Positions 1 through 11,700 of a DNA stretch of 64,000 nt are shown here, piece by piece. The stretch comes from Mobula hypostoma. Its lineage: Eukaryota. Each line of letters starts with the position of its first letter. The first letter of the stretch is position 1. The DNA lies in the NCBI RefSeq assembly GCF_963921235.1, contig NC_086097.1, positions 52,888,001 to 52,952,000 of the forward strand. Reading direction: 5' to 3'. The notes under the pieces are model-generated. The model searched no databases, was not told where the DNA came from, and saw only the letters and a list, made by a program, of their open reading frames with translations. A program made the translations under genes and the position numbers.

Positions 1-952
1 ATCCCTTCTTTTGTCTGAATAAGCCAATGGTCCCCAAAGGAATCAATAACATAAAGCAACAGCTCAACCACCTGCACCAAGAACAAGAGTTCCCCAAATA
101 TTTCCTCCCTTTTTTATATCCACTTAAAATTCTTTAAACACTGCATGGGAGTATTAAAATACATGTCCATTTACCAGAAAAGGTAGGCTTTCTTCAGATA
201 ATGGTCATTTTCACAATATTTTGGCACGTTTTCTATGTTGCAATCAACCTACAAAAAATTGCAGAATGCTTTAACAAGATAATACAAAAATATAAAAATT
301 CTTACATAATAACACCTTACTGTTTAGTACTTATTCTTTATTCCAAAAAAACTCCATCAATTTTTTTCCTCCATGCTCCTAAATAGTAAGAATGCTCAGA
401 TCCGTGCTTTTTTTTTTGATATCACTACAATAACCTCATTGTTCTTGAGAAGGTGTAAGAAACTCTCCTTCTTAATAAAACAGCTGCAGTTCCTGTCATT
501 GGACTTTATTAAGAAAATTGTATTTTTCTGAACCAAGGCTAACTTTTTAAATTTTAATCTTCTTTTCTCCTACTTATTGGTACTCATGCATCAAAATTCC
601 ATTAACAGCACTTTATGATTAGTATGCACCGACCATTTATATCCCCTCTGCCAGAAACCTCCTATCAGTAGTTCCAAATATCAAGACAGTCAAGACTGAC
701 AACTCAGAAGTGCACAATATTTAAGAAGTACCAACAGTACCCTACACACTTTGTATACCAGCCATTTGGGTTACAATGTGGTCACCTTTGTATCAATGAG
801 CCAGTTATATTTCATTTTCACTGTTTTTTATTTTCATTTTAGTATATAGTTAAATAAGCTTCTCGTATTAAAATCAAGGACATTTTCTTACCTACACCTC
901 TCTCTCCCATTTTTATAAATTTAGCATCCAAAATAAAAGCATTTCAAGTCAC

Positions 953-1035
953 CTGAACCACTGTAACTCCATACTCCTTAAGTGAGTCTGATGACTTTTC
1001 TAGCTGTTGAAGGAATAAGTTGATTTCTGGGTTTA
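953..1035 (-). CDS. TXNDC16: Thioredoxin domain-containing protein 16, second visible coding exon; the gene continues beyond the window start
   Basis: On the minus strand: ttttcag acceptor, 83 nt, CAG|GTGAC donor. The phase-1 join to the upstream exon reads INPEINLFLQQLEKSSDSLKEYGVTVVQ, resembling human [28 protein letters not shown] as I recall it. Confidence 0.85.
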
Positions 1036-1539
1036 CTGAAAAATAAAATCATGCTTAAGTCATTTAAACAACATTTCTTCTGTAATCAATAACAACTAGT
1101 AATAGATTGAAATGCCAGCCTGCAGGATGTATTTGTGATCTGCCAACATTACAATTTTAGAGGCAGGGCTATTCAACCAAGCCATGATAGAAAGTAGGGA
1201 CAGGAAGGAAAATGGATTTAGTCAGAACAATTAGTAACAACTAGAGGGTTCAATTATCATTAAACTGAAATTCAAACTAACTTTAACAATTAAACTAGTT
1301 GCAAAGGAGACTAAAATTTGAAACTTATATTGATTCTTTTTACGTGGATACTACAGACCAGTCAAAAGTAGAAAGAGCTATGTACAATTTTCCTCCAGGA
1401 GTTAAAATTCAATTTTAAAAGACAATTATATTGATTTTAAGTATAATTTTGGAGGAGTACTCTTTAAGGTTATGTGCTCAATCATCTACTTTGGGTACAC
1501 TTTTTTTTTATTTAATATATTGCTTGTCCTAGTATCAAA

Positions 1540-2210
1540 CACTCAATAGTGCAGGTTGGGTACAACGTGAACCTCTTTTACATGAATCACAAACTATTAG
1601 CAGGCATGTGCATAAGGGCACATGGCTATTACAAAGTCATTGGAGTTTAGAAATGGAGAAATTTTGTTACATTTGCTTGGCTACACCTGGAGTACCATGC
1701 GGAGTTTTGAGCTACTTAAAAAAAAGCAAGCTAGGAGGCATTCAAAACAGGATTACCAGGATAATTTCTGGAACAAGAGGATTGTCCTGTCAAGAGAGGC
1801 TAAAGAGGGTGGTTTGTATTCTTTGGAGTTCAGAAAAAATAAAGAGTGATCTTATTGAAATTTATGAGATCCAAGCAGGCAAGACAACATGGATTTTGAG
1901 ACGTTTTTATTAGTGGGAGAGTTGGAACAATGGGACGTAGCTTCAAGATAAGGAGCCAGTCATTTAAAACCAAGATATGTAAAAATTGTTCTTGGAGGGT
2001 AGTGAATCTCTGGAATTCTCTCACTGGAGAGTGAGGAGGCAAGCTTGTTGGACGTACTTTCAAATGAAAGAAGGTAAGTTTTTGTAAGATTGGGGGATTG
2101 AGGGCAAAGAGAAGGAATGAGTCCTGGAATATATCAGTAAGCATCATATTGAATGGCAGGGTAGGCTTGTACAGTCAGATGGACCACCTCCACTCCTACA
2201 TTCTTGTGTT
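1540..2210 (+). mobile_element. Degenerate CR1 LINE 3' fragment
   Basis: Frameshifted RT C-terminal remnants (LEFR...GLYSLEFRK) and a CR1-like 3' end (gatggaccacctccactcct). Confidence 0.75.
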
Positions 2211-2533
2211 TCCAATACATTGCCTCAAAAATTATCCTTAAACCCAATCTTAGAAAATCAACTATGCCAAACCATTATTGGTAAATATTTCATGTTTTTT
2301 AAACTATGTGGCCTCCACATGAGACTTTTATAGTCAAGAACATTTTTATACAACTTCAGCTACCATTTTCAAATCTTTAGGTTGATCAAAATTTACACTC
2401 AAGATGGAAAGACCAACTGACTACCATTTGCAAAAATTGACTAATGCATTGAATATACAAAATAAACAAGTGAGATAAGATTTCAATTTTAATGCAGAAT
2501 TTTGCTTCAAGTGCTCAATATGCAAATACTCAC

Positions 2534-2690
2534 TTATTCTTTTGAAGTATATTAGAGAAGGTTTTCCCGTCTGCAGGATGCTGGCGAAGTGTTGCTGATT
2601 TGCATCGTGAGGGATCTTTACACCATCAAGGATACTTAACTGACCAGTACACAACAAAAATACATAAAGATAGTACTGCCCTTGAGCCAT
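2534..2690 (-). CDS. TXNDC16: TXNDC16 first coding exon (exon 2778-2534; signal-peptide-like N-terminus)
   Basis: Acceptor ttttttcAG at 2780-2779, donor AA|GTGAGT at 2533. Reads MAQGQYYLYVFLLCTGQLSILDG...FASILQTGKPSLIYFKRI, similar to human STLQPGKASLAYF. 157 nt, ending in phase 1. An in-frame upstream ATG lies at 2756. The head-to-head arrangement with GPR137C matches known synteny. Confidence 0.85.
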
Positions 2691-3039
2691 TTCAGTGGAC
2701 GGTTGAAGGCAACAATGATCTCCGAATTGCTCGTATAATTTGAATGAAATCCTCATCAAAATTTTTCTTTATTTCAATCTGAAAAAAAGAAATTAGCGAT
2801 AACATGTATTCCACAAAGTCATTTTAACTGCCAGTTTATCATAAAGATAAATTATGTTACTAACACCAATGCATCAGAACCTACAAACTTGAGACTGAAA
2901 AAGAGTTCACTTATTATAAAACATAAAAAACCAACACTAAATAACCCATTAATTGGAATACATGAGTATTTGTACTGAAATTTTTTTCTATTAAGAATAT
3001 CAACCCTGCATTTCATATTTCCTTCCACAATAAATTCCC

Positions 3040-3475
3040 ATTGGAGTTTAGAAGAACGCGGGGTGGGGTGGGGGGGAAACGATCTCATTGAGACCTACTG
3101 AATGTTGAAGGGACTAGATAGGGTGAATGTGGAGAGGATGGATGTGGGAAGGATGCTTCCTATGGTGGGGGTATCCAGAACTCGTGGACACAGCCTCAAA
3201 ATTGAGGGACGACCTTTTAAAACAGAGGTAAAGAGGAATTCTTTTAGCCAGAGGGTCGTGAATCTGTGGAATGCTCTGCCACAGACTGTGGTGGATGCCA
3301 AGTCCATGGGTATATTTAAAGCAGAAGTTGATTCTTTCCTGATTGCTCAGGGCATCAAAGGATATGGCAAGAAAGCAGGTGTATGAGGTTGAGTGGGGTC
3401 CAGGATCAGCCATGATAGAATGGCAGGGCAGACTTGTCAGATTGAATGGCCGAATTCTGCTCCTATGTCTTATGA
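3040..3475 (+). mobile_element. CR1 LINE 3' end fragment
   Basis: ORF LKGLDRV...RTRGHSLKIEGRPFKTEVKRNSFSQRVVNLWNALP, followed by the typical tail aattctgctcctatgtcttatg. Confidence 0.85.
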
Positions 3476-3477
3476 AG

Positions 3478-3482
3478 TAAGT

Positions 3483-3529
<47 letters not shown>

Positions 3530-3803
3530 CGTGCGCGCGCGCGCAACTCCTGGTGGAGTCATTGGGGGCGCTATCATGACAAGCATTTTGCACCGATCTT
3601 TTTGGTATGCTCATCGTACGGCATGTCTTCTGAAACCTGGCGGAGCCCATCCCTCTCCAGGTCTTTTTTTTTACGAGGTTGGGTTGTTAGCTCGACACTC
3701 AACCCAGGCACAGATGGGGAGCGTGCAAAGCAGCCGGCCAGATTCGAACTCAGGACCTCTCGCCCTGAAGTCCAGCGCTAATGCCACTAGGCCACCAGCC
3801 GGC
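3478..3803 (-). mobile_element. tRNA-derived SINE with microsatellite tail
   Basis: The minus-strand head has an A box (TGGCCTAGTGG) and a B box (GAGTTCGAATC). Flanked by the direct repeat cttatgaag (3469-3477 and 3803-3811). Confidence 0.8.
3485..3545. repeat. (GT)n/(GC)n alternating purine-pyrimidine microsatellite
   Basis: Directly visible in the sequence. Confidence 0.95.
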
Positions 3804-3879
3804 TTATGAAGCTGATACGTTGCTTCAATATGAGAATCATAATTAATCAACACTTATCTAATAAAAAGTAGAAAAAAAA

Positions 3880-4346
3880 GTCGAGGAACTGATTGTGGAC
3901 TTCAGGACGGGGGAAATTGGGAGAACACACACCAGTTCTCATTGAGGGGTTAGCAGTGGAAACGTTGAGTAGTTCCAAGTTCCTTGGTGTCAACACCTGA
4001 CAGGATCTACCCTCGGCCTAGCAGAATGATGCAATCGTGAAGAAGCATACTATCTCTTACGTCATTAGGAGATAGCATGTCGCTAAACACTAGCAAATTT
4101 CTACTCCTGCACCATGGAGAGCATTCTAACAGGCTGCATATGGAGAGGGCAATACACAGGATCGTAAGATGCCTCAGAAGGTTGTAGATTCAACCATTTC
4201 CATCACGGGCACACAACACTGAGGACATCTTCAAACGGCAGTGTCCAAGAGGGTGGTCTTCATCATTAAGGATCCTGACCATCCAGGAAATGTTCTTTTC
4301 TCATTACTACCACTGGAGAGGGGGTAAAGGAACTTGAAAACCCACA
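3880..4346 (+). mobile_element. Rex-Babar-like LINE 3' fragment, interrupted by a Penelope copy and resuming at about 5327-5510
   Basis: ELIVDFR...HTPVLIEG...KFLGV motif; same family as 34930-35770 and 42380-42960. Confidence 0.65.
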
Positions 4347-4357
4347 CCAAAGTTCAG

Positions 4358-5300
4358 GCAACACACATCAAAGTTGCTGGTGAACGCAGCAGGCCAGGAA
4401 GCATCTCTAGGAAGAAGTGCAGTCGACATTTCGGGCCGAGACCCTTCGTCAGGACCAACTGAAAGAAGAGCTAGTAAGAGATTTGAAAGTGGGAGGGGGA
4501 GGGGGAGATCCAAAATGATAGGAGAAGACAGGAGGGGGAGGGATGGCGCCAAGAGCTGGACAGGTGATTGGCAAAAGGGATATGAGAGGATCATGGGACA
4601 GGAGGCCCAGGGAGAAAGACAAGGGGGAGGGGAGGGTTAAAACCCAGAGGATGGGCAAAGGGTATAGTGAGAGGGACAGAGGGAGAAAAAGGAGAAAGAG
4701 AAAAAGTGTGTATATAAATAAATTATGGATGGGGTACAAGCGGGAGGTGGAACATTAGCGGAAGTTTGAGAAGTCAATGTTCATGCCATCAGGTTGGAGG
4801 CTACCCAGACGGAATATAAGGTGTTGTTCCTCCAACCTGAGTGTGGCTTCATCTTTACAGTAGAGGAGGCTGTGGATAGACATATCAGAATGTGAATGGG
4901 ACGTGGAATTAAAATGTGTAGCCACTGGGAGATCCTGCTTTCCCTGGCAGATAGAGCGTAGGTGTTCAGCAAAACGATCTCCCAGTCTGCATCGGGTCTT
5001 GGCAATATATAGAGGCCACATCGGGAGCACCAGACACAGTATATCACCCCAGCCGACTCACAGGTGAAGTGTCACCTCACCTGGAAGGACTGTCTGGGGC
5101 CCTGAATGGTGGTAAGGGAGGAAGTGTAAGGGCATGTGTAGCACTTGTTCTGCTTACAAGGATAAGTGCCAGGAGGGAGATCAGTGGGGAGGGATGGGGG
5201 GGGACGAATGGACAAGGGAGTCGCATAGGGAGCGATCCCTGCGGAAAGCAGAGGGGGGAAGGGAAAGATGTGCTTAGTGGTGGGATCCCGTTGGAGGTGG
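4358..5300 (-). mobile_element. Penelope-like element, 5'-truncated (GIY-YIG region plus terminal repeat), copy 1
   Basis: Frameshifted YIAKTRCRLGDRFAEHLRS...RLEEQHLIFRLGSLQPDGMNIDF. Candidate TSD accaaagttca on both sides. Confidence 0.85.
4421..4456 (-). ncRNA. Minimal hammerhead ribozyme motif (GAAAT-GTC variant)
   Basis: Reverse complement: GGTC-CTGACGA-AGGGTCTCGGCCC-GAAAT-GTC-GACT. Confidence 0.65.
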
Positions 5301-6476
5301 CCAACCAAAGTTCAAACCAAAGTTCAGGAGCAGCTTCTTCTCCTCTGCCATCAGATGTCATTGTCTATGGACACATGAACAATACCTCACTACTCCTCTT
5401 TTGCAGTGTTCATTCATTTTTATTGTGACTTATACTAATTTGTTAATCCTGCACTGTATTCTGCCACACAAAAAAAAACTTCATGACATTTGTTAGTGAC
5501 AATAAACCTGGGCTTCTGAGCTCAGCTTCTGTAAAGATTTGATAAACTGGAAATAATTTTCCTTGTGATAAGAAACCAAAACAAAAATAATCTATCTCGC
5601 AGTCCATCAAAAGGTGGATCTAAAGGGATCATGTAGGGTATAAAGAGAAGACTGATAAAAGAGAACTGTGCAGATGGCCTTAGGTTACAAGTGCATGAGG
5701 TTAATCACCTGAGCATGTAAAGGGGTAAAGGTTTAAGGTCTTGGAGTGTTTCCATTCATTTAACCAACTCCAGAGATACAACGAGTTTTTCACCAAATAC
5801 TCAACCCTTGGATTATACAGAGAATGGTAAGGAAAGCTCTTCAGAATGCAGCCAATCAAAGCTTTTAAAAAGCAGTTTTAGCAAAACTTGTCTCTTCTCT
5901 TATATGCAGCTCACCTGTCAATGTGATTTTCCACACTGTCCCACTTTGATTTCTCCACTTCCAGTAGTTTTCCATTGAAACATGGCATTATTTTATGACA
6001 CTTAACTCCATATTTCAAATCAGACCTTTTTAACTCTCCAGGCTAAACACGGGGCTGAAAATAGAAAGTGCTGGAAACGTGCAACAGCTCCAGCAGATCA
6101 GTAAGGAAAGAAAGAAAAAGAATGAATGCTTCAATCTTTCAATTGGGTTGAATAAATTCAGGTTATAACTACTATCTCCAATGTTTCAGATAACATCAAT
6201 TGGCGATGATTCTGCTAATGCCACTTACACTTTCTCAACACCTACTTTTGTTCTATTCATCTCATCGCTTTCCCATGTTAACTTAAACCAGCATCCTTTC
6301 CTTTTGTTTTTACTTCCCCTCCCTATTTTTTTACAAAATCTAGTTTTCCCGTACTAAAGAATTGGAAACCTGAAACGTTACCTTGATTGTCTCTCTAGAA
6401 ATGGTTTTTGCAGCATTTTCTAAATTTAAAAAATACTAGTGTGGTTCCAAGAGCAAAGGGTTCCAGAAAACCTGGT

Positions 6477-7458
6477 CACACGAGGAAATCTGCAGATGCT
6501 GGAATTTCAAGCAACACACATCAAAGTTGCTAGTGAACGCAGCAGGCCAGGCAGCATCTCTAGGAAGAGGTGCAGTCGACGTTTCAGGCCGAGACCCTTC
6601 GTCAGGACTAACTGAAGGAAGAGTGAGTAAGAGATTTGAAAGTTGGGGGGGGGGGGGAGCGAAGAGATCCAAAATGATAGGAGAAGACAGGAGAGGGAGG
6701 GATGGAGCCAAGAGCTGGACAGGTGATTAGCAAAAGGGATACGAGAGGATCATGGGACAGGAGGTCCGGGAAGAAAGACAAAGGGGGGGGGGAACCCAGA
6801 GGATGGGCAAGGGGTATATTCAGAGGGACAGAGGGAGAAAAAGGAGAGAGAGAGAAAGAATGTGTGTATAAAAGTAAGTAACAGATGGGGTACGATGGGG
6901 AGGTGGGGCATTAGCGGAAGTTAGAGAAGTCGATGTTCATGCCATCAGGTTGGAGGCTACCCAGATGGAATATAAGGTGTTGTTCCTCCAACCTGAGTGT
7001 GGCTTCATCTTTACAGTAGAGGAGGCCATGGATAGACATGTCAGAATGGGAATGGGATGTGGAATTAAAATGTGTGGACACTGGGAGATTCTGCTTTCTC
7101 TGGCGGACAGAGCGTAGGTGTTCAGCAAAGCGGTCTCCCAGTCTGCGTCGGGTCTCGCCAATATATAAAAGGCCACATCGGGAGCACCAGACACAGTATA
7201 TCACCCCAGCCGACTCACAGGTGAAGTGATGCCTCACCTGGAAGGACTGTCTGGGGCCCTGAATGGTGGTAAGGGAGGAAGTGTAAGGGCATGTGTAGCA
7301 CTTGTTCCGCTTACAAGGATACGTGCCAGGAGGGAGATCAGTGGGGAGGGATGGGGGGGGGGCGAATGGACAAGGGAGTCGCATAGGGAGCGATCCCTGC
7401 GGAAAGCAGAGGGGGGAAGGGAAAGATGTGCTTAGTGGTGGGATCCCATTGGAGGTGG
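6477..7458 (-). mobile_element. Penelope-like element copy 2 (GIY-YIG endonuclease region open)
   Basis: ORF 6911-7519 reads CKRNKCYTC...VIYCVWCSRCGLLYIGETRRRLGDRFAEHLRSV, a Cys-rich linker followed by GIY-YIG. Confidence 0.9.
6574..6609 (-). ncRNA. Minimal hammerhead ribozyme motif, consensus core intact
   Basis: Reverse complement: AGTC-CTGACGA-AGGGTCTCGGCCT-GAAAC-GTC-GACT. Confidence 0.75.
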
Positions 7459-8632
7459 CCAACCAAAGTTCAAACCAAAGTTCAGGAGCAGCTTCTTCTC
7501 CTCTGCCATCAGATGTCATTGTCTATGGACACATGAACAATACCTCACTACTCCTCTTTTGCAGTGTTCATTCATTTTTATTGTGACTTATACTAATTTG
7601 TTAATCCTGCACTGTATTCTGCCACACAAAAAAAACTTCATGACATTTGTTAGTGACAATAAACCTGGGCTTCTGAGCTCAGCTTCTGTAAAGATTTGAT
7701 AAACTGGAAATAATTTTCCTTGTGATAAGAAACCAAAACAAAAATAATCTATCTCACAGTCCATCAAAGGTGGATCTAAAGGGATCATGTAGGGTATAAA
7801 GAGAAGACTGATAAAAGAGAACTGTGCAGATGGCCTTAGGTTACAAGTGCATGAGGTTAATCACCTGAGCATGTAAAGGGGTAAAGGTTTAAGGTCTTGG
7901 AGTGTTTCCATTCATTTAACCAACTCCAGAGATACAACGAGTTTTTCACCAAATACTCAACCCTTGGATTATACAGAGAATGGTAAGGAAAGCTCTTCAG
8001 AATGCAGCCAATCAAAGCTTTTAAAAAGCAGTTTTAGCAAAACTTGTCTCTTCTCTTATATGCAGCTCACCTGTCAATGTGATTTTCCACACTGTCCCAC
8101 TTTGATTTCTCCACTTCCAGTAGTTTTCCATTGAAACATGGCATTATTTTATGACACTTAACTCCATATTTCAAATCAGACCTTTTTAACTCTCCAGGCT
8201 AAACACGGGGCTGAAAATAGAAAGTGCTGGAAACGTGCAACAGCTCCAGCAGATCAGTAAGGAAAGAAAGAAAAAGAATGAATGCTTCAATCTTTCAATT
8301 GGGTTGAATAAATTCAGGTTATAACTACTATCTCCAATGTTTCAGATAACATCAATTGGCGATGATTCTGCTAATGCCACTTACACTTTCTCAACACCTA
8401 CTTTTGTTCTATTCATCTCATCGCTTTCCCATGTTAACTTAAACCAGCATCCTTTCCTTTTGTTTTTACTTCCCCTCCCTATTTTTTTACAAAATCTAGT
8501 TTTCCCGTACTAAAGAATTGGAAACCTGAAACGTTACCTTGATTGTCTCTCTAGAAATGGTTTTTGCAGCATTTTCTAAATTTAAAAAATACTAGTGTGG
8601 TTCCAAGAGCAAAGGATTCCAGAAAACCTGGT

Positions 8633-8765
8633 CACACGAGGAAATCTGCAGATGCTGGAATTTCAAGCAACACACATAAAAGTTGCTAGTCCTGACGAAG
8701 GGTCTCGGCCCGAAACGTCGACTGTACCTCTTCCTAGAGATGCTGCCTGGCCTGCTGCGTTCACT
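8633..8765. mobile_element. Penelope-derived mini element with internal inversion; contains a + strand hammerhead motif at 8688-8723
   Basis: Terminal-repeat sequence only. Flanked by agaaaacc(t/a)ggt (8621-8632 and 8766-8777). Confidence 0.8.
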
Positions 8766-9155
8766 AGAAAACCAGGTGATTTTTTTCTCGGATCAAAGAT
8801 TTTACAACAGTAACAAAACCATTATAGCAAGAAGCAGCTCCCATTAGCAAATTGGTCGAGGGGATGCAGGTTTAAGATTCTGGCTAAATGATCATTGTGT
8901 AATTGTGCTCTGGAATATGTTGTCTGCAAGGGTGTTTGAAACAGAAACGGTGCCCTCGAAAAAAAGTGGATGGGTATTTATAAGAGAAAATAGTTTACGG
9001 GACTCATTCACAGGCGTGGATTGTACTACTGAGAATTAGCCGAATTGATTGATTTATGACTAAACAACTACTACCCACACAAAAACTCAAAATGCTGTAA
9101 ATACTCAGACAGAGAAGCAACATCAGCAGAGAGAAGAAAACAGAATTCATATTTC

Positions 9156-11090
9156 AGCAACACACATCAAAGTTGCTGGTGAATGCAGCAGGCCAGGCAG
9201 CATCTCTAGGAAGAGGTACAGTCGATGTTTCAGGCCGAGACCCTTCGTCAGGACTAACTGAAGGAAGAGTGAGTAAGAGATTTGAAAGTTGGAGGGGGTG
9301 GGGGAGATGCAAAATGATAGGAGAAGACAGGAGGGGGAGGGATGGAGCCAAGAGCTGGACAGGTGATAGGCAAAAGGGGATATGAGAGGATCATGGGACA
9401 GGAGGTCCGGGAAGAAAGACAAGGGGGAGGAACCCAGAGGATGGGCAAGAGGTATATTCAGAGGGACAGAGGGAGAAAAAGGAGAGTGGGAGAAAGAATG
9501 TGTACATAAAAATAAGTAACAGATGGGGTACGAGGGGGAGGTGGGGCATTAGCGGAAGTTAGAGAGTCAATATTCATGCCATCAGGTTGGAGGCTACCCA
9601 GATGGAATATAAGGTGTTGTTCCTCCAACCTCAGTGTGGCTTCATCTTTACAGTAGAGGAGGGCGTGGATAGACATGTCAGAATGGGAATGGGATGTGGA
9701 ATTAAAATGTGTGGCCACTGAGAGATCCTGCTTTCTCTGGCGGACAGAGCGTAGGTGCTCAGCAAAACGATCTCCCAGTCTGCGTCGGGTCTCACCAATA
9801 TATAAAAGGCCACGTCGGGAGCACCGGACACAGTATATCACCCCAGCCGACTCACAGGTGAAGTGTCGCCTCACCTGGAAGGACTGTTTGGGGCCCTGAA
9901 TGGTGCTAAGGGAGGAAGTGTAAGGGCATGTGTAGCACTTGTTCCGCTTACACGGATAAGTGCCAGGAGGGAGATCAGTGGGGAGGCATGGGGGGGGGGG
10001 ACGAATGGACAAGGGAGTCGCGTAGGGAGCGATCCCTGCGGAAAGCGGTGGGGGGCGGGGGGAAGGTGTGTTTAGTGGTGGGATCCCGTTGGAGGTGGCG
10101 GAAGTTACGGAGAATAATATGTTGGACCCGGAGGCTGGTGGGGTGGTAGGTGAGGGCCAGGGGAACCCTATTCCTAGTGGGGTGGCGGGAGGATGGAATG
10201 AGAGCAGATATACGTGAAATGGGGGAGATGCGTTTGAGAGCAGAGTTGATGGTGGTGGAAGGGAGGCCCCTTTCTTTAAAAAAAGGACATCTCCCTCGTC
10301 CTAGAATGAAAAGCCTCATCCTGAGAGCAGATGCGGCGGAGACGGAGGAATTGCGGGAAGGGAATGGCGTTTTTGCAAGAGACAGGGTGAAAAGAGGAAT
10401 AGTCCAGATAGCTGTGAGAGTCAGTAGGCTTATAGTAGACATCAGTGGATAAGCTGTCTCGAGAGACAGAAAGATCTAGAAAGGGGAGGGAGGTGTCGGA
10501 GATGGACCAGGTAAACTTGAGGGCAGGGTGAAAGTAGGAGGCAAAGTTAATAAAGTCAACGAGTTCTGCATGCGTGCAGGAAGCAGCGCCACTGCAGTCG
10601 TCGATGTAGCGAAGGAAAAGTGAGGGACAGATACCAGAATAGGCACGGAACATAGATTGTTCCACAAACCCAACAAAAAGGCAGGCATAGCTAGGACCCA
10701 TACGGGTGCCCATAGCTACACCTTTAGTTTGGAGGAAGTGGGAGGAGCCAAAGGAGAAATTATTAAGAGTAAGGACTAATTCCGCTAGACGGAGCAGAGT
10801 GGTGGTAGAGGCGAACTGATTACGTCTGGAATCCAGAAAGAAGCGTAGAGCTTTGAGACCTTCCTGATGGGGGATGGAAGTATATAAGGACTGGACATCC
10901 ATGGTGAAAATAAAGCGGTGGGGGCCAGGGAACTTAAAATCGTCGAAAAGTTTAACAGCGTGAGAAGTGTCACGAACATAGGTCGGAAGGGATTGAACAA
11001 GGGGGAATAAAACCGTGTCGAGGTATACAGAAACGAGTTCGGTGGGGCAGGAGCAAGCTGAGACAATAGGTCGGCCAGGACAGGCAGGTT
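9156..11090 (-). mobile_element. Penelope-like element copy 3: RT plus GIY-YIG endonuclease, frameshifted and 5'-truncated; hammerhead-like motif at 9220-9255
   Basis: RT motifs MDVQSLYTSIP, QTKGVAMGTRMGPSYA, FLRYIDD, FLDL and VYYKPT; endonuclease YIGETRRRL. Candidate TSD tatttc(a/g)gc. Confidence 0.92.
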
Positions 11091-11348
11091 ATTTCGGCTC
11101 GATTGCCTACTACCAAACGTTCCGATGGATGGCCAACAAATTGAAACATTTAATTCCGTTTCGCTATCCGAAGTTACTACCTGGCCTGTTATTTTTTTCT
11201 GATTTTATTTCAGATTTTTGAGCGCCTTCGATTAATATCGTTCAGGATTCCGTTTAATTTCCAAGGCAATATAAAATATCGCCACGTAGTTCAGAACTCA
11301 ATGTACCAAAAAACAAAGAAAACACAAACACTGCTTACACAGCCCTAC

Positions 11349-11500
11349 CTGGAGCTGTTGTGCTCTACATCGGAACGTCCGACAGGCCAGATTAGTGGCA
11401 ACTCGGCATCTCGTCTCCCATAGGAGCTGCTGCTGCTGCCCTCGTTGACAACGCTTTCTATTCTTGGCTATTTCTGATGTCGATTAAACTGTTGCCCACC
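11349..11500 (-). other. TXNDC16: Probable non-coding first exon of TXNDC16 (boundaries approximate)
   Basis: Minus-strand donor-like sites CAG|GTAGGG (about 11348) and GTAAGC (about 11338) sit next to the promoter. The assignment is inferred. Confidence 0.45.
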
Positions 11501-11700
11501 GCTTCCGGTACTGGCACAGGCTTCTGACTACGCGTGCGCCCACCTCAAATCCGCCCCTCCCCCCGGTCTGATTGACGTGCAGGGATGACCCGGCTCCCCC
11601 AATCAGAGACCGATGGGGGCGGGCTGGTCGGCGGCTGGCTGGATGTGTTTTTTTTTGTTGTCGGAGCTGAGGCAGCGGACGGATGGCGAGTGTTTGTCCG
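11480..11700. promoter_or_regulatory. Bidirectional CpG-rich promoter (TXNDC16/GPR137C)
   Basis: CTTCCGG ETS-like site (11502), CGCGTGCGC NRF1-like site (11531), GC boxes (11551, 11615), CCAATCA (11599), CTGATTG/TGACGT (11568-11578). No TATA box seen. Confidence 0.7.

Larger units (their letters stand above)
5301..8634. repeat. Near-identical direct duplication (5301-6478 vs 7459-8634), period about 2.16 kb
   Basis: By eye the copies differ only in a few substitutions and homopolymer lengths. Confidence 0.95.

Noticed and set aside
201..386. Short AT-rich ORFs throughout the introns
   Set aside because: They have no splice or homology support and are expected by chance.
3740..3803. tRNA-like sequences here and at 31760-31822
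   Set aside because: They are SINE heads, with bodies, tails and TSDs, rather than tRNA genes.
4374..4640. Recurrent short ORFs such as LVNAAGQAASLGR and SPDEGSRPETST
   Set aside because: These are translations of the non-coding Penelope terminal repeat; the conservation is explained by the RNA motif.
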